A stretch of DNA of 64,000 bases from Bacillota bacterium. Lineage in GTDB: Bacteria > Bacillota > Limnochordia > Darwinibacteriales > Darwinibacteriaceae. Numbering within the stretch: position 1 is the first letter of the stretch; each line of letters begins with the position of its first letter. Below the pieces are notes generated by a model that was not told where the DNA came from, ran no database searches, and worked only from the letters and a program-made list of their open reading frames with translations. Shown in pieces: positions 41,902 through 49,279 of this stretch. Made by a program: the position numbers and the translations under genes. Location: contig JAAYMS010000107.1 in the NCBI GenBank assembly GCA_012521295.1, positions 35,641 to 99,640 of the forward strand, in the 5' to 3' direction.

Positions 41902-42733
41902 TGTACTGGTTGAGCCTTTTAAGTTCTCTTTTATGATCAGGGCCTTCATCGGCACAGGTTTGATTGCTGTCATTGCCGCAGTCGTCGGAACGTTTGTGGT
42001 ACTGAAAGGTCTGGCATTTATGGGTGACGCCATAGCTCATACCGCTTTTACCGGCAGTGCCATAGCTTTGCTGCTGGGCTTGAACTTGTACGCTGGAGCG
42101 ATGGCCCTTGCCTTGGTAACAGCCTTAGGGGTAGTATTCTTAACCCGGGTAAGCCCAGTAAAGAATGACACAGCCTTGGCCATACTTTTTACGGGTGTTT
42201 TTGCAGTTGGCATCATTGTGCTGTCGGCCATGCCGGGATTTGCTGGCGACCTAAACAGCCTGCTGCTCGGTTCGGTTATGGCCATTCAAACTGAAGAGAT
42301 TTATCTAATCGCAGCCGCAGCCCTCGCAATTGCCTTTTTGATGTGGGTCTTTTTTCCGAGATTCGTGCTTGTATCCTTTGACCCAGTAGGAGCCGAGGCC
42401 GCGGGTTTTCCTGTGACCCTGGTTCAAAGCATTCTGCTGGTGGGCGTGGCTGCAGCAATTGTTATCTCGATTCAGGCGGTGGGTGTAGTCCTGGTGGTTG
42501 CACTCCTCATCACCCCAGCTGCAACAGGATCGCTTGTGACAAGACGCGTCCTACCACTAATGATGGTAGCTGCTTGCGTGGGGCTGTTCTCTGCCGCGGC
42601 TGGCCTGTACATATCGTATTATCTGGCAGCTCCACCTGGTGCAACGATAGTGGTTGTAGCTACGTCCGTGTTTGCATTTACATTGATTCTCACAAGGCTT
42701 AGATCATGGCTGAGAAGGAGGCAAGGTGATTGA
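41891..42733 (+). CDS. metal ABC transporter permease (ZnuB/MntC-like)
   Basis: Eight-TM ABC-3 permease. ATG at 41891 follows GGGGAGGTGG. Confidence 0.8.
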   Translation: MNLDVLVEPFKFSFMIRAFIGTGLIAVIAAVVGTFVVLKGLAFMGDAIAHTAFTGSAIALLLGLNLYAGAMALALVTALGVVFLTRVSPVKNDTALAILFTGVFAVGIIVLSAMPGFAGDLNSLLLGSVMAIQTEEIYLIAAAALAIAFLMWVFFPRFVLVSFDPVGAEAAGFPVTLVQSILLVGVAAAIVISIQAVGVVLVVALLITPAATGSLVTRRVLPLMMVAACVGLFSAAAGLYISYYLAAPPGATIVVVATSVFAFTLILTRLRSWLRRRQGD

Positions 42734-43452
42734 ATAAGCGCATTGTGGTTGTAACAGGAGGTAAGCGGGGGATTGGGGCAGCAGTTGTAGACGCTTTCCT
42801 TGCTCAAGGTTCTTTGGTGATTGCCTTGGATCGGGATTTCTCTCCAGGATTGGTTCGCAGTGAGGCCTCGCAAGACTTATATACATATCGGGGAGACGTC
42901 TCCCAGCCTATAGAAGTACAGGCCTTCACTGAGGTGCTGCAGGAGTTTGGCCGCGTCGACGTTCTTGTAAACAACGCGGGAATCGGTATCTTCAAGCCGC
43001 TGGAAGACCTGGAGATAGATGAATGGAATTACGTGCTTAATACTAATTTAAGGGGCCCCTTCTTGATGACGAAGTTTCTGCTGCCGCTGCTGCGGAAGGG
43101 CCAAAACCCCAGCATCATCAACATCGCTTCAACGCGGGCTTTTCAGTCCGAGCCCAATACCGAATCTTACTCTGCCTCAAAAGGTGGCGTAGTGGCGCTG
43201 ACGCATTCGCTGGCAGTTTCACTTAGTCGATACGGAATTAGGGTGAACTGCATAAGCCCAGGATGGATCGAAGCAAATCCTGATGCGGAGCTCACCAATG
43301 AGGATCACAAACAGCATCTGGTAGGCCGGGTCGGGGTTCCTTCTGATATCGCCCATGCATGCGTGTATCTGGCGTCTCCAGAGGCGGGCTTTATTACTGG
43401 TACGAACCTCACTATCGATGGTGGTATGACGGTGAAGATGATCTATGTCTGA
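42730..43452 (+). CDS. SDR family oxidoreductase
   Basis: TGGKRGIG glycine motif, NNAG, and catalytic YxxxK (YSASK). TTG start overlaps the upstream stop. Confidence 0.75.
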   Translation: MNKRIVVVTGGKRGIGAAVVDAFLAQGSLVIALDRDFSPGLVRSEASQDLYTYRGDVSQPIEVQAFTEVLQEFGRVDVLVNNAGIGIFKPLEDLEIDEWNYVLNTNLRGPFLMTKFLLPLLRKGQNPSIINIASTRAFQSEPNTESYSASKGGVVALTHSLAVSLSRYGIRVNCISPGWIEANPDAELTNEDHKQHLVGRVGVPSDIAHACVYLASPEAGFITGTNLTIDGGMTVKMIYV

Positions 43453-44353
43453 CAGCAAGCGCAATCGTTTGGTGACTAGGGTTTTGCCTCATGAAGACGG
43501 CCTGATGGTGAAAGAAATCATCTATGGACGGCTTAACCTCAGCCGAGGAATGCTGCGCCGCATGAAACAAGGGGGCGGCGTTTATCTAAATGGTGTTAGG
43601 GATTTTATTACACGGCGTGTCCGGACAGGAGATACCATAGAAGTGGTCTTCTTTGACGAGCCTACAGCTCTAGAACCGGAACGGATTCCGCTGGATATCG
43701 TCTATGAGGACGACTTCTTAATTGCAGTGAATAAGCCAGCCGGGATCCCAGTCCATCCTACAGGCAGGTACAAGGATGGTACGCTGGCCAATGGGCTCGC
43801 ATATCATTTTGAGAAGCAGGGGTTGGAGACCAAGGTGCGCTTAGTGCATCGACTGGATAAAGACACCTCTGGCCTAATTCTTGCCGCCAAAGAACCTTAC
43901 TCGCTGGAAAGATTGATTAAGCAGCGAGCTAAGGGAATTCTTCAAAGAGAGTATCTGGCTGTTGCAGAAGGGAAAGTCTCTGACGATGCAGGTATAATCA
44001 CATTCCCGATTGGCCGAGTCGGTGATGGGATTCATAGGGGAGCCACGGATGATGGCCGGCCCGCTCGGACTGAGTTTCAGGTTTTGCGTCGTGGAGGTAA
44101 CTGGACCCTTCTGCGATTGGCATTAGGAACCGGCCGCACTCACCAAATCCGGGTTCACATGAAAGCGATAGGCCATCCCCTTGTGGGAGATCCACTGTAT
44201 GGGCGCCCCGTTCAAGGCCTCGGCCGCCAAGCGCTGCATGCATGGTGTCTGCGTTTCGCTCACCCGAGAACAGGGGCCGAGGTAACACTCCGAGTTAAGC
44301 TACCCGATGATATCCGCATCCTTTTAAAGCAGGAAAATTTGTTATATGTGTAA
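43445..44353 (+). CDS. RluA-family pseudouridine synthase (RluD-like)
   Basis: S4 domain plus the HRLDKDTSGLIL catalytic motif. Confidence 0.8.
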   Translation: MSDSKRNRLVTRVLPHEDGLMVKEIIYGRLNLSRGMLRRMKQGGGVYLNGVRDFITRRVRTGDTIEVVFFDEPTALEPERIPLDIVYEDDFLIAVNKPAGIPVHPTGRYKDGTLANGLAYHFEKQGLETKVRLVHRLDKDTSGLILAAKEPYSLERLIKQRAKGILQREYLAVAEGKVSDDAGIITFPIGRVGDGIHRGATDDGRPARTEFQVLRRGGNWTLLRLALGTGRTHQIRVHMKAIGHPLVGDPLYGRPVQGLGRQALHAWCLRFAHPRTGAEVTLRVKLPDDIRILLKQENLLYV

Positions 44354-44380
44354 AATATTACCGACAGGAGATGGAGCTAG

Positions 44381-44809
44381 TTGGCGTTACGAGTGGACAT
44401 GGGAATGGTGAAAGATGGTGCACAAAAAGGGCTCAAGTCTACGATTGAGCTGGCAAAGATTGTCGTTCCCACTACGATCGTTGTGACAATCCTTCGCGCC
44501 AGCGGTTTGCTTGACATTGTTTCTGGGCTCTGTGCTTCCTTTATGAGTCTCTTTGGTCTATCGGGTGACGCAGCTCTTGTTCTAATCAGTGGGTACTTGG
44601 TTAACCTTTATGCCGCGACGGGGGTTATCGTGGCTCTACAGCTGCCTCTGCGGGAAACCACTATCCTTGCCGTTATGCTTGGTTTTGCCCATTCGCTCTT
44701 GATCGAGATTATGATCAGTAAGCGAGCCGGCAGTCGTATCTCTGTCATTCTGCCACTGCGCGTTGGCGCATCGCTCCTGGCAGGAATGATCTTGGGAGGG
44801 CTGCTGTGA
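44381..44809 (+). CDS. nucleoside-recognition (Gate) domain membrane protein (YjiH/SpmA-like)
   Basis: Small polytopic protein. It is paired and overlaps a second Gate-domain gene. The start is uncertain (ATG at 44402 or 44408 is possible). Confidence 0.5.
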   Translation: MALRVDMGMVKDGAQKGLKSTIELAKIVVPTTIVVTILRASGLLDIVSGLCASFMSLFGLSGDAALVLISGYLVNLYAATGVIVALQLPLRETTILAVMLGFAHSLLIEIMISKRAGSRISVILPLRVGASLLAGMILGGLL

Positions 44810-45273
44810 TGATGCTGCTGTGGGAAGGGTTGATTCAAGGCCTTCTGGGTGTTTGGACAATTGCTCGGGTGGTTATTCCTCTAATGATAGTCCTGGAGAT
44901 TGCTCAGGCTAATGGCCTTTTGCAGAGACTCAATCGTGTCCTGGCCAAGTTGTTTCGCTGGATAGGCCTTAGTGAGGAAGGGGCATTTCCCGTTGTTGTC
45001 GCCATATTTTTTGGACTGACGTTTGGCTCCGGTGTGATAATATCCTATCTTGAAGAAGGCAAGGTTACGGAGCAAGAAACACGCATCATTGGGGTCTTCA
45101 TCGCACTCTGTCACGCACTAGTGGAGGATACAGCCATCTTTATGGCTGTAGGTGTCCCCATTGTGTTCTTGCTTGTACCGCGCTTGGCAGCCGCATATGT
45201 ATGCTGTTGGGGGCTCAGCCGTGTACTGCAGTGGCGGGTGCAGAACTCCCCTGCAGTAAACCAGAACACCTAG
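44806..45273 (+). CDS. nucleoside-recognition (Gate) domain membrane protein (YjiG/SpmB-like)
   Basis: Small polytopic partner protein whose start overlaps the previous stop. Confidence 0.5.
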   Translation: MMMLLWEGLIQGLLGVWTIARVVIPLMIVLEIAQANGLLQRLNRVLAKLFRWIGLSEEGAFPVVVAIFFGLTFGSGVIISYLEEGKVTEQETRIIGVFIALCHALVEDTAIFMAVGVPIVFLLVPRLAAAYVCCWGLSRVLQWRVQNSPAVNQNT

Positions 45274-45283
45274 GAGGCGGATT

Positions 45284-45970
45284 ATGAAGAATCTGACAAT
45301 GATCTTGGTAGTAGTACTGCTTTTGGTGTCGGGACAGGCAGATGCTCTAGGATTGCGAGCGGATCTTGCTTATTTCAGCGCAGTCGATTCTCCTTACCAC
45401 TCTGGGGAGTTGACTGGCGTGGGGGGCGGAGTGACGCTGCTCGATCTCGGAGTCGCTGAACTGCTCCTCGAAGGACGCCTTGTAGGTGACCCCACACATC
45501 TAAAGCAACTTGTCAGTCTTTATCTCAAGAGGGCTGCTGATGATGAACTTCAAAGCGGGGCATTTTTGATGGGTGATGCTGCGTTCAATGTTAACACTGA
45601 ATGGCCGCTGACTCCCGACCTCCGCATCGCAGCCAAAGCGGGTATTGGCGATATAGCCTATTTCGGAGGACTAGCTGGAGAAAAGGCCAATTACAGCCTC
45701 TACCGCGGTGTTCGGGTTGGCGCAGGACTGCGGCGAAAGATCGCACCTACCGCATCGCTGATCGCTTCGGTTGAATTTGGGCCACACTTGGTGCAAGTAT
45801 TTGGTAGGCCCGAATCCTCTTCAGCGAGCTGGACCGCGGTTGAGCTGGGGGTGCAGTTTAATATTCCCCTTGGGTTTGTCAAAGGCGGGCTGCGGGTGAA
45901 CTCACTGCGTGAGCCTCGTGATAGTCAGAGGTTTTCAGGAGTGTTTTTGAGTGGTGGCCTCGGGTTCTAG
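45284..45970 (+). CDS. secreted beta-barrel-like protein (possible small outer-membrane protein)
   Basis: Signal peptide MKNLTMILVVVLLLVSGQADA. Gly/aromatic-rich alternating pattern. Terminal ...SGGLGF, where a C-terminal Phe is typical of OMP beta-barrels. Confidence 0.4.
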   Translation: MKNLTMILVVVLLLVSGQADALGLRADLAYFSAVDSPYHSGELTGVGGGVTLLDLGVAELLLEGRLVGDPTHLKQLVSLYLKRAADDELQSGAFLMGDAAFNVNTEWPLTPDLRIAAKAGIGDIAYFGGLAGEKANYSLYRGVRVGAGLRRKIAPTASLIASVEFGPHLVQVFGRPESSSASWTAVELGVQFNIPLGFVKGGLRVNSLREPRDSQRFSGVFLSGGLGF

Positions 45971-45997
45971 ATAATACCAATCAGGGAGGTAAGGCTT

Positions 45998-47272
45998 ATG
46001 CTCGGTATCAACGGCAGCGGTCAGGAAAAGAAGAGTATGCTTGCAGTTTCCCTGGAAGTTCTGCACAAGGCGGCTGATCGCCTAGGGCTCGACCAATCCA
46101 TGCGGAACATTTTGTCAAAACCGCAGCGGATCCTAAGCGTGGCTGTTCCGGTTCGGATGGATGACGGTAGTATCCAGGTTTTTGATGGTTATCGTGTGCA
46201 GCATAGTTTAGCTCGCGGGCCAGCCAAAGGCGGGATTCGCTACCATCCTGAAGTCACTATGGACGAAGTGATCGCCCTGGCCATGAGTATGACTTGGAAG
46301 TGCGCTGTCGTTAACATTCCCTATGGCGGCGCCAAGGGAGGCGTGGTCGTTGACCCAACTAAGTTGTCCATCGGTGAGTTGGAACGGCTGACTCGGCGCT
46401 TTACAAGCGAAATCAGCATTATATTAGGGCCGGAGAAAGACATTCCCGCGCCAGATATGAATACCAATGCACAGGTCATGGCCTGGCTGATGGATACATA
46501 CAGCATGCATAAAGGTTATTCGATTCCGTCTGTCGTGACCGGCAAACCGATTGAGATTGGTGGTTCGTTAGGCAGGCTCGATGCTACCAGCCGCGGCCTG
46601 GTCTATACCATACTGGAACTGGTCAAGAAAACCGGCATGAAGCTGGAGGGAGCAAGGGTCGCAGTACAGGGTTACGGAAATGTTGGTTCTCATGCGGCAG
46701 TTTTCCTTCAAGAACTGGGCTGCAGGATTGTGGCTGTCAGCGACGTTTACGGTGGCTTGTGCAATGACAACGGGCTCGACTGCAAAGCCATTAAGCAGGT
46801 AGCGGCTGAGACTGGTACTATTATGGAGTATAAGGGTGCGGCGGAGGAAATCCCCCGCGAGGAAGTGTTGGAAGTACCAGTAGATATTCTTGTTCCAGCC
46901 GCTTTGGGCAACCAGATTCATGGTGGAAACGCTCACCGCATCGAAGCGAAAGTTATTGCCGAAGGGGCAAACGGCCCGACAACGACCGAAGCGGACCGTA
47001 TTCTCCAAGATAAGGGCACAATTATCATACCCGACATCCTGGCCAATGCTGGCGGCGTGACTGTGTCGTACTTCGAATGGGTACAGGGGATTCAGAGTTT
47101 GAGCTGGAGTGAAAGCCAAGTAGCCGCTGAGCTCGAGCGCCGTATGGTTTCAAGCTTCAACGATGTTTACGAAAGAGCGCAGCGTGAAGATGTAGACATG
47201 CGTACTGCAGCGTACTTAATTGCTGTGGAAAGAGTGGCACAAGCAATCAAACTGAGGGGGATTTACCCGTAA
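45998..47272 (+). CDS. gdhA: glutamate dehydrogenase (Glu/Leu/Phe/Val dehydrogenase family)
   Basis: Catalytic Lys box GGAKGGVVVDP and Rossmann motif VQGYGNVG. Confidence 0.9.
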   Translation: MLGINGSGQEKKSMLAVSLEVLHKAADRLGLDQSMRNILSKPQRILSVAVPVRMDDGSIQVFDGYRVQHSLARGPAKGGIRYHPEVTMDEVIALAMSMTWKCAVVNIPYGGAKGGVVVDPTKLSIGELERLTRRFTSEISIILGPEKDIPAPDMNTNAQVMAWLMDTYSMHKGYSIPSVVTGKPIEIGGSLGRLDATSRGLVYTILELVKKTGMKLEGARVAVQGYGNVGSHAAVFLQELGCRIVAVSDVYGGLCNDNGLDCKAIKQVAAETGTIMEYKGAAEEIPREEVLEVPVDILVPAALGNQIHGGNAHRIEAKVIAEGANGPTTTEADRILQDKGTIIIPDILANAGGVTVSYFEWVQGIQSLSWSESQVAAELERRMVSSFNDVYERAQREDVDMRTAAYLIAVERVAQAIKLRGIYP

Positions 47273-47281
47273 AGAACACGC

Positions 47282-47312
47282 AGGACCGCTGGTTATCCAG
47301 CGGTCCTTTTTT
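47282..47312. terminator. bidirectional intrinsic terminator
   Basis: Hairpin aggaccgctgg-ttat-ccagcggtcct followed by T6. Confidence 0.8.
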
Positions 47313-47317
47313 GCGGT

Positions 47318-48661
47318 CTAGTTAATGGGATAAGCGTGAAAAGAGGCGACCCGCCACCCAGTTGGTTCTGCAGCCAGTTCTAAATCGATGGCAACATCCG
47401 TTCGGGGCGAGTGTCTTACAAGGATCGTTGCCCGAAACTCTCTTGGATTAGTGACAATCACCTGCCAAGGTTCTTCTTTGTTGAGTCCCTGAAACAAACT
47501 GACTGCTATCGCGCGCTGCGCTGGATCAGGCAAACCCAGCAATTCTTCAATGACCTCACGGTCCACGGCAGCTGCCTCTTGAAGTTCTCTGACGTAACCC
47601 TTTATAGAATCAATCAAGCCCTGCGGTGCAGCAGGTTGATGCGGATGCATTGTAAATCTCTGCAGTTCCCACCCATCTGCTATCTTAATCCAAACCATGA
47701 AAGCATCGTAGAGTGGTTGCCCGCCGCTGATCATTATCGTGGTTAGGGTTCCGTCTCTCTCGGTAATCTCCAGGTTCGTAATCTGGCTCTCTAGCGGAAG
47801 CACTGCAGAGGGGATGTTCTTTAAGTAATCAACGAGTCCTTGTTTCCTTAGTTCTGCGCCTATATGGGCGGTAAGGAAATCCACGTTCCGGGCAGAGACT
47901 GCTTCATCCCACCGTACTATCAAGTTGCTTAGCTCCCCAGCCGGCCCATCGCTTCTGACTGCAAGCGAGATGGGTGGTGCAGGGGGTTCTGCGCTTGGAA
48001 TCGGTTCGGCAGCTGGGGGCTCTGGTATTGATTCGGCCTGTGCTGGTTCTACCTGCATTGGTTCTATTTGTGCCAGCTCTGTTTGGGCTGGTTCCGGGGA
48101 TGGGGCTTCTTCATCGGGGAACGGTGGCGGTTCTGCAGGCGCAATTGGTTCCTTAACGATTTGAACCTTGTTGATATCCAAATCGGACTGCGTCGATAAG
48201 ACCAAGACTGGGTACGAATCTTGTGGCTGATAAAGGTGCCAATCATCAGGATGCTGGATGAAGAATTGCGAGACTTCCACCGGTATGGAGAACTCAGGGA
48301 ACCAAAGGCTGTCGCGGCCTAGAGTAAGGGGATCATTTTGCAAGGCGAGAAAACCTTCGTAGGCAAGATGAAGTTCCCTTGCTGAACCGTACTCTCTTAA
48401 ACGGACTGTGACTACAGTTCCCAAAAAACCTCGGTCTATACTGTAATCCTCAATACCCTCGGTCCACAAGACTGTCACCTGAGCACCAGGGAACAGCCTC
48501 AGTGAAAACTGAGGGCCGGCCGGGTTTATCGTGACCTGCCCATCGACTCGTAGAAACCCGCTGTCTGGCATAATAAAAGCTTGGATTTGGGCATGGGCTA
48601 GGGTCGAGGCGCAGAGGAATGCAGCGCAGGCAACTAAAACCCCAAGCAACCGGTTATGCAT
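47318..48661 (-). CDS. secreted hypothetical protein with Pro/Glu/Ala-rich repeat linker
   Basis: Signal peptide MHNRLLGVLVACAAFLCASTLAHA. A central run of about 70 aa of EPAQ/EPxx repeats. No family recognised. Confidence 0.5.
   Translation of the reverse strand: MHNRLLGVLVACAAFLCASTLAHAQIQAFIMPDSGFLRVDGQVTINPAGPQFSLRLFPGAQVTVLWTEGIEDYSIDRGFLGTVVTVRLREYGSARELHLAYEGFLALQNDPLTLGRDSLWFPEFSIPVEVSQFFIQHPDDWHLYQPQDSYPVLVLSTQSDLDINKVQIVKEPIAPAEPPPFPDEEAPSPEPAQTELAQIEPMQVEPAQAESIPEPPAAEPIPSAEPPAPPISLAVRSDGPAGELSNLIVRWDEAVSARNVDFLTAHIGAELRKQGLVDYLKNIPSAVLPLESQITNLEITERDGTLTTIMISGGQPLYDAFMVWIKIADGWELQRFTMHPHQPAAPQGLIDSIKGYVRELQEAAAVDREVIEELLGLPDPAQRAIAVSLFQGLNKEEPWQVIVTNPREFRATILVRHSPRTDVAIDLELAAEPTGWRVASFHAYPIN
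47930..48170. repeat. low-complexity coding repeat (encodes the PEPAQ-type linker of the minus-strand gene)
   Basis: The DNA shows imperfect tandem ggttc/ggctc-rich units. The plus-strand ORFs at 47925-48164 and 47974-48156 are artefacts of this repeat. Confidence 0.6.
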
Positions 48662-48673
48662 TTTGATTCCTCC

Positions 48674-49126
48674 TTATACCGAACGCTGCCCGTCCTTTGC
48701 ATTGAGAGCTAGACGCATCAGACGGTGCGGTATGCCAGCATCGTCGAAAATATCGCCTTCAGCCGCAAAACCCAGGCGTTCATAGAACCCAATAGCACGA
48801 AGCTGGGCACCTAGAACCGCTTCATGAAAGCCTTCACTTTCAGCCCACCGAATCATATGCTCGACCAGCTTGAATCCGATGTGCTGACCACGGTATTCGG
48901 GCAGAACTGCAATTCGTCCTAGTTTGGCTTGATGGCCCAAGGATACCACACGGCCCGTTCCAACCATTTGGCCGTTGACAAAGGCTCCGAAGTGCTGGGC
49001 AATAGCGTCGTATTGATCCCTTTCTTCTTCGATGGGAACTTGCTGCTCTTCGACAAATACCCGAATACGAATTGCCATTGCTTGATCAAATTCCGACGTA
49101 GTAATTGGACGGCAGATGATTTCCAA
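48674..49126 (-). CDS. GNAT family N-acetyltransferase
   Basis: QHIGFKLVEHMIRWA acetyl-CoA motif. It is divergent from the fusion gene. Confidence 0.7.
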   Translation of the reverse strand: MEIICRPITTSEFDQAMAIRIRVFVEEQQVPIEEERDQYDAIAQHFGAFVNGQMVGTGRVVSLGHQAKLGRIAVLPEYRGQHIGFKLVEHMIRWAESEGFHEAVLGAQLRAIGFYERLGFAAEGDIFDDAGIPHRLMRLALNAKDGQRSV

Positions 49127-49204
49127 CCTAGTTTTCCCTCGCTTTACAGGACTTAATCTATCTCGATCTTAGCTTATTTCGAGAATGATGTCCACACAGT
49201 TAGA

Positions 49205-49259
49205 TTGTATTTCCTTGATCGAATTGGTATAATAAACCGTGTGCACAAAAATGTGTACA
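49205..49259 (+). promoter_or_regulatory. sigma-A-type promoter (TTGTAT-17-TGgTATAAT) with two tandem palindromic boxes TGTGCACA / TGTGTACA at the predicted transcription start
   Basis: -35 at 49205-49210, extended -10 at 49225-49233. Boxes at 49240-49247 and 49252-49259. The ATG at 49280 follows AAGGGGG. Confidence 0.55.
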
Positions 49260-49279
49260 ACAGCTCAAGGGGGTACATC

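Noticed and set aside
44381-45273. Calling the Gate-domain pair SpmA/SpmB (spore maturation proteins).
   Set aside because: The proteins are shorter than SpmA/SpmB and are not next to dacB. They are equally consistent with YjiH/YjiG-type nucleoside-recognition proteins, so a generic family call is retained.
47925-48164. Two plus-strand ORFs (79 aa and 60 aa) that are Gly/Ser/Ala-rich.
   Set aside because: They are generated by the tandem DNA repeat encoding the Pro/Glu/Ala linker of the minus-strand secreted protein. They are not independent genes.
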